IMG/VR virus record: IMGVR_UViG_3300043568_002650
Location: 64,512-128,511 of that record
Strand: one strand, 5' to 3'
Source of the DNA: a virus
Lineage: Duplodnaviria > Heunggongvirae > Uroviricota > Caudoviricetes
Length of the DNA: 64,000 bases
Of this stretch, positions 8,677 through 18,056 are shown piece by piece. A program made the translations under genes and the position numbers. The notes under the pieces are model-generated. The model saw nothing but the letters and a program-made list of their open reading frames with translations, had not been told where the DNA came from and ran no database searches. Positions within the stretch are counted from its first letter, which is position 1, and each line of letters begins with the position of its first letter.

Positions 8677-9323
8677 TGCTCTAGTGAATTTGGATAATAT
8701 AATAGTGTTGGATTCTTCTTCTGTATGTCAATATTAGGATACTCCTTCTTAAATGTCATCACATCGAATTTCTTAGTAATTAGGTGGTGACCATTTCTAG
8801 TTGGAATGATCGCCTCGATCTTTGGTCCAACTTCGTGGCCAATTGGCATTCCTACTTCATCAAATTTGACTTTAGTAAAAGGCATACATTTATATTCAAT
8901 AAATGCCATCATCAATGGGCTAGCTTCATGCTGATCATCGACATCAATGATCCACCGCTTCTCTTGAGTCTTGACTTGGCCTACGACTGAATCGAAGAGT
9001 CCTTTTTGATTCTGAACTCCATTTCGGATACGTTCAGCAAGGGCAACCATCATGTTCAGTGAGACTTCCGACTGGTTCTGTTTTTGCACATGAATATAGG
9101 CTCGAGCCTTAAACACTTCGCAGAGCTGCTTGACCTCATCCCAACGTCTCTCTAGGTGATCCATATTCTCGATACAATACGTTTTAATGGTTCTGACTGA
9201 CTGATGATTGTCGCGTTCCCCTTCAGGCTGGTCCTTCTTACGTTTAAACACATAGAGCATATAAAAGTCTCCTGGTTCTGAGAAGTTAAGTAAGGGTCTT
9301 ATGAGTTCCAAGTTGTCTATCAT
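8673..9323 (-). CDS. hypothetical protein
   Basis: 216-aa ORF. TAGTATAAT sits 6 nt before the ATG, so leaderless geometry. Confidence 0.45.
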   Translation of the reverse strand: MIDNLELIRPLLNFSEPGDFYMLYVFKRKKDQPEGERDNHQSVRTIKTYCIENMDHLERRWDEVKQLCEVFKARAYIHVQKQNQSEVSLNMMVALAERIRNGVQNQKGLFDSVVGQVKTQEKRWIIDVDDQHEASPLMMAFIEYKCMPFTKVKFDEVGMPIGHEVGPKIEAIIPTRNGHHLITKKFDVMTFKKEYPNIDIQKKNPTLLYYPNSLEQ

Positions 9324-9360
9324 AGTTATATTATACTAAATAATTAGATAAATAAAAAAT

Positions 9361-9909
9361 ATGAAGTACATTAAAATTTACGAAGATTATACACCAACGA
9401 GTAAAGTCATAGTTGAAGGGTCGTATTCACCAAAGGCTGGAGACTATGATGGTATGCACTCATTCCAATCTAGAAAAAAAGATGGATTTGGAGGTAAGAT
9501 GAATACTAAAGTAAATGAAGCACTTCTAAAATTCTATAAGGAGACTCATAAAAATCCTACAATTACTAATATTGAAATTAAGATGGATGACTCCTCTTGG
9601 AAAGTAACATGGAAGGTGACTATCGAAGAGAGCCGAGACGGCAAAGCATGGATAGGATTGACTAGTCGCGGTGGAGCTGGTAAAAAGGATGGACTTACTG
9701 GATCAGTTGAACGAGCTAAACGTCAAATTGATCGAAAGAAGAAAGATCTTGCCTCAGAATTTAGTGACTCTGCACTTGAAACCAAAGAGGTAAAGGATTT
9801 TGGTTGGCAAGGTAAGGGTGCATATATTCGTCAGATCTTTGTAATATACACTAATCCCGCAAAATACCCTGCAATAAAACCGGATACCGATAATAAACAG
9901 ATTGCTTAA
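9361..9909 (+). CDS. hypothetical basic protein (N-terminus MKYIKIYEDY)
   Basis: 182-aa ORF. AGATAAATAAAAAAT lies immediately upstream. Confidence 0.45.
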   Translation: MKYIKIYEDYTPTSKVIVEGSYSPKAGDYDGMHSFQSRKKDGFGGKMNTKVNEALLKFYKETHKNPTITNIEIKMDDSSWKVTWKVTIEESRDGKAWIGLTSRGGAGKKDGLTGSVERAKRQIDRKKKDLASEFSDSALETKEVKDFGWQGKGAYIRQIFVIYTNPAKYPAIKPDTDNKQIA

Positions 9910-10251
9910 TTACTCTACTATCTTTTCAACATATGTACAGGTCTCACCAACTTCAAATCCTTTTTCAATAAGTAGAGGCAAGGACGCAGGTTTACACCAT
10001 GCATAAATCAAATAGCTTTTAAACTTTAGTTGAACATAGTCCCAACGAGCATCCCAAAGCTTTCTAAATATTCCTTTACGTCGATGATCCTCATGGACCC
10101 ATGCATCTAGGAATTTAATCTTTGTGTTCTCTTCACGCTCCATGTAAATATGGCCGACTATTTCTCCATTGACCATCGCAATCCAGGTCTCAAGTTGTTG
10201 TGCATTGCTTTTTAGATGCACAATCTTAATGTCATCAATTATTGTTGTCAT
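9910..10251 (-). CDS. possible GNAT-family acetyltransferase (small)
   Basis: HEDHRRKGIFRKLWD resembles GNAT motif A. Weak call. Confidence 0.3.
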   Translation of the reverse strand: MTTIIDDIKIVHLKSNAQQLETWIAMVNGEIVGHIYMEREENTKIKFLDAWVHEDHRRKGIFRKLWDARWDYVQLKFKSYLIYAWCKPASLPLLIEKGFEVGETCTYVEKIVE

Positions 10252-10465
10252 ATTCTATAATTAGTGCGGATTCAAGTCCTTCAAAGAGACCAACATTTAC
10301 AAAGAGTCTAGGATGAGAGAACTCATCAACTGATTGAAATTCGACAGTTTGTCCCTCTTTAATTGAGTCAGTTACCTTAATAATAGGAATAACTTTGAAT
10401 CTACCATACGAAGTCAGGTATTCAACCATCAATTCATTATCCTTATTTACGATCCTTCCTATCAT
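10235..10465 (-). CDS. hypothetical protein
   Basis: 76-aa ORF. Confidence 0.3.
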   Translation of the reverse strand: MIGRIVNKDNELMVEYLTSYGRFKVIPIIKVTDSIKEGQTVEFQSVDEFSHPRLFVNVGLFEGLESALIIEYDNNN

Positions 10466-10754
10466 CGTCTCCGATTTTTTGCAAAAAAGTTTTTATCTTC
10501 TCATCCACCTCGTTCATCATCTCACCATCACAAGAATTCTTCCACTTTCTAATATTACCGTCTTCCCTTTCAGATTCAAGGTAGATTTTACCGCGTTCAA
10601 CCAGGCCATTTGAGTAGCCATATCCACCAAACCCATGCAGGGCAAGTACCTCCTTTAAGAGTTCAGCGGCTTCGTCACCATCCATTAAAAACTGTTTGCG
10701 CACCGCTCGACCCAATTCCAGGTCGTTCGGATACTTTTTGATTAGGTCTTTCAT
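10443..10754 (-). CDS. hypothetical protein
   Basis: 103-aa ORF. Confidence 0.35.
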   Translation of the reverse strand: MKDLIKKYPNDLELGRAVRKQFLMDGDEAAELLKEVLALHGFGGYGYSNGLVERGKIYLESEREDGNIRKWKNSCDGEMMNEVDEKIKTFLQKIGDDDRKDRK

Positions 10755-10756
10755 AG

Positions 10757-10963
10757 TTAAGAGTTATTTGACATACCGATTACTGCAATTACCGCAGTCA
10801 CAACAATCGTGATAATAGCGAGTGTAATATTTGCTTCCCATGTCACAATGGCTAAGATTGCTGGAAAAAGAAGGTTAACATCACACTTGTCATGATTATA
10901 GACATTGTCAAAGAGACTGAGCAACATTCCGATTAGACTTAAGATCGCGATTGTAATTACCAT
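10757..10963 (-). CDS. small membrane protein
   Basis: 68 aa, two hydrophobic helices. Confidence 0.3.
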   Translation of the reverse strand: MVITIAILSLIGMLLSLFDNVYNHDKCDVNLLFPAILAIVTWEANITLAIITIVVTAVIAVIGMSNNS

Positions 10964-11006
10964 AGTATTTTAGTTTTAATTATTATACTTTAATTCTTAA
11001 TTAGTT

Positions 11007-11957
11007 TTAACTTCCAAAACCCATCTTTTTATTTTCTTTTACTTTAGGTGCCTTCTTAAGTTCTTCAAGAGAAGCCATAGTCTCTTCAAATGTTCTGCCC
11101 ATTACGATAACTGAGACTACTACTTCCTTTAGATGAGAGAGTGACATGCCTTCTGTTCGCTTTACCCATTCATTAAGGTCAATCTTTGCCAAGTCATCCT
11201 CATTTAATTTATTGGTGATATACGCTTGTCTAATTTCAGCATTAGGTAACTCAATCTTATATCGGCGATCAAATCTAGATGGTCGATTAGTCACACGTTC
11301 CTGTAATTTTTCTGGATAGTTAGTAGTCGCAATGTATACTACTCCCTCAATCTGTTTGACTCCATCTAGGATATTTAAGAGTTGAGACGTAGAGTATCTG
11401 TCCTCACCAGCAAGAGCATCTATATCTTCTAGGATAACAACAAGTGGTCGAGTAGGTTCAATTTTACGAAATGTTGGAATAAACTCAATAAAGTAGTCGA
11501 TATCATTTTGCGACTTGATATTGATTACGATACCATTAAGCTCCATTAGCATGTTAGCTAGGATCTGGATAATACCTGATTTACCACAGCCCGGTTCTCC
11601 ATACATTAGGATACCTCGTTTATGTATAAAGTTATAAGTACGATAGACCTCTGCTCTGGTCCAAAAGTTTTCAATATCTTTCAGAATATCAATAATCTCT
11701 GGTGAAGGCAAGTGATATAGCTCATCGGTCTTGAAGGGTTGCTTCTTTAAGGTATGTGAACCGATCGAGTTATTGTAATCTATTTCATATACTCCAGCTG
11801 GTACCTGGTCAACTGTGATATATGCTGGTGCAAACTCTTCGTTTTTTAAGTTGCTCCAGCAACAGGGCACAGTAAGATCCTGTGATTCAGGTTCACCATT
11901 AAGTTCTTCTCGAATACGGTCGATTTCGTGCACGATATTTCTTTTCTTCATGTGCAT
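11007..11957 (-). CDS. AAA+ ATPase (classical AAA family)
   Basis: Walker A ILMYGEPGCGKSG, Walker B VVILEDIDAL, second region of homology ATTNYPEKLQERVTNRPSRFDRRYKIELP. TAGTATAAT abuts the start, so the likely start is the second Met (leaderless). Confidence 0.8.
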   Translation of the reverse strand: MHMKKRNIVHEIDRIREELNGEPESQDLTVPCCWSNLKNEEFAPAYITVDQVPAGVYEIDYNNSIGSHTLKKQPFKTDELYHLPSPEIIDILKDIENFWTRAEVYRTYNFIHKRGILMYGEPGCGKSGIIQILANMLMELNGIVINIKSQNDIDYFIEFIPTFRKIEPTRPLVVILEDIDALAGEDRYSTSQLLNILDGVKQIEGVVYIATTNYPEKLQERVTNRPSRFDRRYKIELPNAEIRQAYITNKLNEDDLAKIDLNEWVKRTEGMSLSHLKEVVVSVIVMGRTFEETMASLEELKKAPKVKENKKMGFGS

Positions 11958-11996
11958 ATTATACTATATAGAGATCTATTTTTAAAATTAGAGTAG

Positions 11997-12013
11997 GATA
12001 AATAACTAAAATA
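11997..12013 (+). promoter_or_regulatory. late-promoter-like motif GATAAATAACTAAAATA
   Basis: Identical to the motif at 3500. 11 nt before ATG 12024. Confidence 0.55.
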
Positions 12014-12023
12014 ACTTTTAAAT

Positions 12024-14807
12024 ATGTCATTTATTAACTGGGGATCAGAGAGTCCAGAACAAAAGGAAATCCGACGCAGGATGGAAGAACAGATGATGTT
12101 TGAACAAATGTCATACAGTGCAGCAGTTGCTGCAGCTGCAGCTGCCGGAAGCGGTTCACTGCCTCGAACAAAACAGGGTCAAACTTCATCGTATACCTAT
12201 GAATCTGAAACTGGCCAATTCTATATTGGGATAATGGATTTTGAAAAAGGGTCACTTCCTGCAGTATTTAATACTGGTCTTAATACTAGCGAAGATTGGT
12301 ATTATGATGATAATAACTATGCTGGAACGTATGTTGTTCAAGATAGTGGTTATCTAATGACCTTTAGTAATAATAGTTCAGCAGATAGAGTATTCTTCTT
12401 CTTTAGTGCAGGAGGTGCACTTATCGAAAAATTAGAGCTCACAACAAACGACACTGACGTATTTGGTGCAAATGGTAATTTTATTGTAGTATGTGATTGG
12501 GATGCATACAAAATATGGTGGTTCGATGGATTAGAAGTAAAGACTTCAGACTTATCAGAAAACACGAATAGTTGGGACTATATAGGTGCAAATGTATCAG
12601 GATTTTTTATAACTTCGTATACTACTGAAGGAGCTACTGATTTCTACAACGTCTTCTTTATTGATGGATCTGGATTAAATCAAATACTTGAAAGAGATGT
12701 AACTAGTCCGACTAATTCATATTCACTAGAGGTATATGAAAACGCAAATATCTTTAGACTATTTAATTATAATGATACCCCTGGTGAATATACCCATATT
12801 TATTATTATGATACTGCTGGAGTTGAACTAGCCGATCTTGATGTGTCCGCTGGAAATTATGTTAGCAAATTTATAGATGTTTTCGGTGCAGGTAAACACG
12901 TCGATACTTTCTACAATGCTACTGAGTACTGTATCTGTTATTACGATGAGGCAGTCGGAGACTTATTAACAACTACTCATGATAGAGTAGACTATCCTAA
13001 TTTTATAGTTACAGGTCAATATAGAAATAATGGTAGTCAATTCAATACCTTGACTGAGAATGGATTAATTACTTTCTCAAGCGACGGTCTTGGGTCGATT
13101 AAAGATTTACAAAATGTGACCCATTGTGATTTTATTCGCTTACATGACGGGCTGGCTGACTTAGATCAAATAGTTCCATTCGCTGATAATGAACCAAAGG
13201 CAATCAATTGGAATATTATTAAAGTCGCCGACTCAATATTCGTGCCAAATTGCCCAGACACTGATGCAGTTTCACCTCAACTAGCATACTTAACTTTTAC
13301 TAGCATAGGTACGAACTTTAATACTCTATTAATTTCATTTGATGATTACGATTATTTTAATACTGACATATTAGGTAATCGATATCTAACTGATGCATGG
13401 CTAGACACTGGGCTGGAACCTGGAACCTATTTTATAACAAATAAAACAGGTGCTGATTATTTAGAGTACCAATATGACATTCGAGATTCAAATTATCTTG
13501 ATGATGAAGGAGATGTAGTAGCATGGAGAAACTCAAGTGATACTACTTTTCAATCATATTATTTAACAACAGAAGATCCTATACCATTTGAGGCAAGTAT
13601 ATTACCTCCATTTGGGAGAATCCAGACAACTTCAACATATCGTCAAGAGGATAAGCTGTATCCTGGAAATCTCTTGATCCAGAGCGGAGAAGGTAGTCGA
13701 TTGTATCTATTTAATGATATTGGTGAAGATAATATAGTATATGGCGGAGATGACATGTATGATGTCGGAAACAAATTAAATACTAATCTTATAGTTGAGA
13801 TAGCATATACGCATACTCAAATGGTGGACACTCCTGAGGATGATGATATAGAAGCTTTACCGAGTATGTTTGAAATGGACGGAGAAGTAGTAGACGGTAT
13901 TACACAATTTGGAGCAGGATCGGAATACTTTACTAACCTATATCCTGGACTATTTACAATGGTTGCTAAGGGCGTAGATATCACTGAATTTTTTATAGAT
14001 GGCAGCACTGGACTTGACAGTAATGGTTATAATACACTTTATTCATATGAAGTAACAGTAGGCGGTCATGATTATACTGCATTCCTAAAGACTACTACTG
14101 GTGGAGGTAGTGACATGGACGGCGAGTCTGATCCAACTATTAATCAAATCATAATTGTAAATGCACAAGATGTAGCACTAATTCAAGAGATCGATGAAAC
14201 CGTTGATACTAATAATGATTATCATAAGATACTTGGACTAGATACTGCTGGTGTAACTGAAGTACACTACTTATTAATGGCAACATATAATAAGTCAGTT
14301 CAGCACGGATTTACTGAAACAGATTTTACTAATGTGGTTAACCAGTATTTAGATATCGTTGATGGTTTATCAATATCGGCTACCTTAACTGCACTAAATG
14401 AAGATTATTCTCTTATCACTGACCAAATTGAAGACACTGAATCATATACTTTAACTTTAGTTAAAGCAGACGGAACCGTACTCGAAAAGGATTCAGTATT
14501 CTATAATGAAGGATTGGATTTAGGACCGACTATGTGTGCCTGTGCATACAATAACGCAGATGGTTTTGCATGTGTCGACGTATACGATATTGACTTAGAG
14601 TTAATTTCAACTTATGTATCTAATGAAACTAATGTAAATACCGTTAGAATAATTGATAATCGATTATATATCATAACTAACTATTTTGATGAAAATGAGG
14701 ATGAACATACTGTTATGGCAATAATGCGAGGAACTTCATTTATCAAGAAAGAATACATACACAATAATGACTGGCGAACATCCAACGATTATGCAGCTTG
14801 GTACTAA
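12024..14807 (+). CDS. large virion structural / tail-fibre-like protein with the conserved N-terminal MSFINWGSES module
   Basis: 927-aa Asn/Asp/Tyr/Thr-rich ORF. N-terminal 45 aa are paralogous to 3527 and 15898. Late-type promoter. Confidence 0.6.
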   Translation: MSFINWGSESPEQKEIRRRMEEQMMFEQMSYSAAVAAAAAAGSGSLPRTKQGQTSSYTYESETGQFYIGIMDFEKGSLPAVFNTGLNTSEDWYYDDNNYAGTYVVQDSGYLMTFSNNSSADRVFFFFSAGGALIEKLELTTNDTDVFGANGNFIVVCDWDAYKIWWFDGLEVKTSDLSENTNSWDYIGANVSGFFITSYTTEGATDFYNVFFIDGSGLNQILERDVTSPTNSYSLEVYENANIFRLFNYNDTPGEYTHIYYYDTAGVELADLDVSAGNYVSKFIDVFGAGKHVDTFYNATEYCICYYDEAVGDLLTTTHDRVDYPNFIVTGQYRNNGSQFNTLTENGLITFSSDGLGSIKDLQNVTHCDFIRLHDGLADLDQIVPFADNEPKAINWNIIKVADSIFVPNCPDTDAVSPQLAYLTFTSIGTNFNTLLISFDDYDYFNTDILGNRYLTDAWLDTGLEPGTYFITNKTGADYLEYQYDIRDSNYLDDEGDVVAWRNSSDTTFQSYYLTTEDPIPFEASILPPFGRIQTTSTYRQEDKLYPGNLLIQSGEGSRLYLFNDIGEDNIVYGGDDMYDVGNKLNTNLIVEIAYTHTQMVDTPEDDDIEALPSMFEMDGEVVDGITQFGAGSEYFTNLYPGLFTMVAKGVDITEFFIDGSTGLDSNGYNTLYSYEVTVGGHDYTAFLKTTTGGGSDMDGESDPTINQIIIVNAQDVALIQEIDETVDTNNDYHKILGLDTAGVTEVHYLLMATYNKSVQHGFTETDFTNVVNQYLDIVDGLSISATLTALNEDYSLITDQIEDTESYTLTLVKADGTVLEKDSVFYNEGLDLGPTMCACAYNNADGFACVDVYDIDLELISTYVSNETNVNTVRIIDNRLYIITNYFDENEDEHTVMAIMRGTSFIKKEYIHNNDWRTSNDYAAWY

Positions 14808-14826
14808 TTAAAAAAATTAAACACTT

Positions 14827-15105
14827 ATGAAATATTTTATTGACGTTACAATAATAGATTTAAAAACAAATAATGTTGCTCAGAAAATGAATTACGATGT
14901 TAACTGTGCAGAAGATGCAGTAGTAACAATCGAGTCTGTGAAATCTGAATTATCACAATGGGTTACTATTCCTCGGGATACGGTCTTGCTAAATGAAAAG
15001 GCTAAGATTAAGGGAAGTACGCAAGAAGACTCAGCAGTAGTTAGTGATAAAACTCGAGTTTATTATACTGCACATCTTCAACAGAAGGTAAAAGATCAAA
15101 AATAA
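14827..15105 (+). CDS. hypothetical protein
   Basis: 92-aa ORF immediately after the 927-aa gene. Confidence 0.35.
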   Translation: MKYFIDVTIIDLKTNNVAQKMNYDVNCAEDAVVTIESVKSELSQWVTIPRDTVLLNEKAKIKGSTQEDSAVVSDKTRVYYTAHLQQKVKDQK

Positions 15106-15846
15106 TTAACTGACGATCGGGATAATTACCCCTTCAACAAACCTTTGCATATCCTCGATACTAATAGTGTCGAGGGTATCTCGTTTAGTATGGCAATTAA
15201 ATAACATGTCGTAGTCAAGATAAGATTCTCCCCACTTTACTGGACTTGTGCCCTCATCTAAAATAGGTAAAGGGTTAATCACAACTGAGTCGATTCCGTT
15301 CCTCCTAAAGATTACTGAGTCATTGAATGGCGTACTAACTATCGGACAACTGAAGATCCCTCTAATATGATCCTGTAATTTACCAGGATAGTCTCCAATA
15401 AAGAAGGTGGAACCTCCGCGACCAGTCAGCTCAAGATTAAGGATCCAGCTAATTTCACCAAACTCTCCAGCATTAATCTGATCCGATAAATATTGCGAAC
15501 CTAATCCACCAACCTCTTCTCCATCTAATAGGACAACTGTAATTTCAGGTTTAAGTAACTTGGTTGCAATCGCATTAATTACTGAAGCTGAATTATCGTT
15601 TGCATTATCTATATCGGGATTTACGATATCATGATGAGCAGTGATAATCCTATTTGAACTTCCTCGAAGAACAATATTAAACCCACTATTCTCGCGATCT
15701 ACTTCGAATTCATGCAGTTCGGGGTTTAGTCCAAGGTCGTCAGCCAGGTCCATTAAGAATCTTACTCGAGGAGATCTTTCGAGTCCGTTAGAGTAGATCG
15801 AACCTGAGTTACGAGCTTTACACAAATCATATATCTTGTCATACAT
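15106..15846 (-). CDS. M42/M28-like zinc metallopeptidase domain protein (truncated relative)
   Basis: AHHD, DNSAS and DGEEVGGLGS motifs in the spacing typical of M20/M28/M42 peptidases. TAGTATAAT sits 6 nt before the ATG. Confidence 0.4.
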   Translation of the reverse strand: MYDKIYDLCKARNSGSIYSNGLERSPRVRFLMDLADDLGLNPELHEFEVDRENSGFNIVLRGSSNRIITAHHDIVNPDIDNANDNSASVINAIATKLLKPEITVVLLDGEEVGGLGSQYLSDQINAGEFGEISWILNLELTGRGGSTFFIGDYPGKLQDHIRGIFSCPIVSTPFNDSVIFRRNGIDSVVINPLPILDEGTSPVKWGESYLDYDMLFNCHTKRDTLDTISIEDMQRFVEGVIIPIVS

Positions 15847-15871
15847 GATTATATTATACTATATTCATTAA

Positions 15872-15888
15872 TATAAATAACTAAAATA
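15872..15888 (+). promoter_or_regulatory. late promoter-like TATAAATAACTAAAATA (exact T4-type TATAAATA)
   Basis: 9 nt before ATG 15898. Confidence 0.55.
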
Positions 15889-15897
15889 GTATAGAGT

Positions 15898-16098
15898 ATG
15901 TCATTTATTAATTGGGGAGAAGAATCACAAGAACAATTAGCTGCTCGTAAAAGAATGGAAGAGATTATGATGTTTGAACAAGCTGCGTTTAATGCAGCAA
16001 CTGCAGCGGCTGCAGCCGCTGGATCAGGTGGATCAGGTGGAATTAAATCTAATAAATACGTCGTTAATGGATATGTTGAGGATGGATATTTTGAATAA
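15898..16098 (+). CDS. stand-alone copy of the conserved N-terminal module (MSFINWGEESQEQ...) with a Gly-Ser linker
   Basis: 66-aa ORF consisting almost entirely of the shared module. Followed 23 nt later by a fibre-like gene, so possibly a split or coupled gene pair. Confidence 0.45.
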   Translation: MSFINWGEESQEQLAARKRMEEIMMFEQAAFNAATAAAAAAGSGGSGGIKSNKYVVNGYVEDGYFE

Positions 16099-16121
16099 TC
16101 ATTAAAAAATAAAACAATAAT

Positions 16122-17426
16122 ATGGGAATTACAACAAGAGACTTTGGACCTAATGCAAAAGGTTCCAAGTTGTCTATCGAAGAGATGGATGAAAACTTTA
16201 ACTATCTTTATGATTTGGCATCAGAAGGTGGCGGTTTAGGAGCATTACCTTTGTCTTTTACTGAGTTAACTGATTTAATATCAACTAGTTCATTTGTAAT
16301 AGGTAAATATTATTTAATTACTGATTATCAAACAATTTATGATCAACCAGATTATGATAATGCAGGTCTTCCAAAGACAGTTGTTTCAACACTAACTGGT
16401 ATAACAGAACCTTTGATTGTTACTGCGGTAAGTAATAATGAGATATCAAGTCAAGTTTATTCTTCATTATTTCCTAATGATATATTAGAGTATGACATTA
16501 CATTTACTTCTACTGAAATAATGAATGCTCCTGCTAAAGGAAGAATTACAAGCAGAACAGATGATAATAAAAATATTACTAACTATGATAATAGAGCTGT
16601 ATCTTTTAAAAGATATGAAACTATTTCTGGTAGTGGTATCTATGATTCATATAAAGATACTGGATTTAATAGCAATGCAAATATTAAAACTTTTCAACCC
16701 AATAGCTGGAATAATAATTTAGAAAATTTCTACACAACAGACAGTTCAGCAATTCAAGATTTTATTTTACCTAATAATGTCTTTGGAGAATACACTTATG
16801 ATAATAAATTTGGTAACTACTTTATCAATAATACATTTGGCGATTTTACTTATGATAATGAGATTAATGAAGAATGTTATAATAATGTAATAGGTGAACA
16901 ATTCTTTAAAAATATTATCGGTAATGGTTTTTCTAATAATGTTATTTCAACAGAGTTTAAAAATAACCATATTCTTAATGGTTTTAGAAATAATGTAATA
17001 GGAGCACAATTTCAACAAAACTCAATATTATCTGGATTTAGAGAAAACATAACTGCAGGAGGATTTACATTTAATCAAATAGGTTATGACTTTAGAAATC
17101 CTGGTATTACAATTGGATCTGGTTTTATTAGCAATAGAATAGCTAATAACTTTGGTCCTAATACAGCCATTAGTACTAACTTCTCAAGTAATGTAATTTT
17201 TGATAATTTTCAAAATAATACTATTGATGATGACTTTACTAATAATAATATTAAAGTAAAATGTGATAATGTATTACCAGCAAGTTGGGCATCTCAACCT
17301 AAAGTTTATACTGCTTCTTATTGTGAAATAATCAATGGTTTTGATGCAGGAGGTATTGCTGAAACACAGTGTATTTTGGGATTTTATGATTCATCACTTG
17401 GTACTTTTTCTTATTCAGGACTTTAA
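16122..17426 (+). CDS. tail-fibre / beta-helix repeat protein
   Basis: 434-aa Asn-rich ORF with approximately 14-aa repeats (NNVIGEQFFKNIIGNGFSNNVISTEFKNNHILNGFRNNVIG...). Confidence 0.5.
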   Translation: MGITTRDFGPNAKGSKLSIEEMDENFNYLYDLASEGGGLGALPLSFTELTDLISTSSFVIGKYYLITDYQTIYDQPDYDNAGLPKTVVSTLTGITEPLIVTAVSNNEISSQVYSSLFPNDILEYDITFTSTEIMNAPAKGRITSRTDDNKNITNYDNRAVSFKRYETISGSGIYDSYKDTGFNSNANIKTFQPNSWNNNLENFYTTDSSAIQDFILPNNVFGEYTYDNKFGNYFINNTFGDFTYDNEINEECYNNVIGEQFFKNIIGNGFSNNVISTEFKNNHILNGFRNNVIGAQFQQNSILSGFRENITAGGFTFNQIGYDFRNPGITIGSGFISNRIANNFGPNTAISTNFSSNVIFDNFQNNTIDDDFTNNNIKVKCDNVLPASWASQPKVYTASYCEIINGFDAGGIAETQCILGFYDSSLGTFSYSGL

Positions 17427-17511
17427 ATAAATAAAAATGGACAGTTCTATAGTATTCTACATGGACCAGTTACGAAGATTTGAATAACCAGTGATATATT
17501 GACCTTTGTAA

Positions 17512-17748
17512 CTACGTGATTCTGATTTTACTTAGTAAGTGGCTTATTACTTGAGATTCATGGTCCCAACCCAATGCTGACCCTTCACTATTATGGGTAT
17601 ACGACCAAGTCATTGGATTCTTACCATGATAATTTACTACAACTACTTCAAAGCCTTGCTCACGCAGGGCTTTTATGTTATTACGATATTCCTCTTGTGA
17701 GGCTTGTAGTTTAGCAAGTTTTTTAGGACCAATATAGTTATTTCGCAT
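17512..17748 (-). CDS. hypothetical protein (possibly the 3' part of a frameshifted gene)
   Basis: 78-aa ORF overlapping 17738..18025 by 11 nt in another frame. Confidence 0.3.
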   Translation of the reverse strand: MRNNYIGPKKLAKLQASQEEYRNNIKALREQGFEVVVVNYHGKNPMTWSYTHNSEGSALGWDHESQVISHLLSKIRIT

Positions 17749-18025
17749 CCGACCTAGTAAATCTTGGCGAGCAGCCTAGGTGAATAGCTACACTAAATGA
17801 TTTATGCAGACTCTTAGGAACTTTATGTTTCTTTAGAGTCTCAATAATAATTGTTTGAAAAGTCTCTTCATCTATTTCATAATCATCAAATGGAATCTCT
17901 TTTTGACCTCGATCATTGATTGTAGCATCTTCTACAAGCTGGTCAAAATCTCCTTGTGGAGTAGAGTTGGCAAAGAGCTCTCGATAACAATCAAAAAGAG
18001 CATCATCTATCTTATTCTGTTTCAT
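17738..18025 (-). CDS. hypothetical acidic protein (possibly the 5' part of a frameshifted gene)
   Basis: 95-aa ORF. TATAAT sits 5 nt before the ATG. Confidence 0.3.
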   Translation of the reverse strand: MKQNKIDDALFDCYRELFANSTPQGDFDQLVEDATINDRGQKEIPFDDYEIDEETFQTIIIETLKKHKVPKSLHKSFSVAIHLGCSPRFTRSDAK

Positions 18026-18056
18026 GATAGATTATACTTGACACTAAGAAAAAGGT

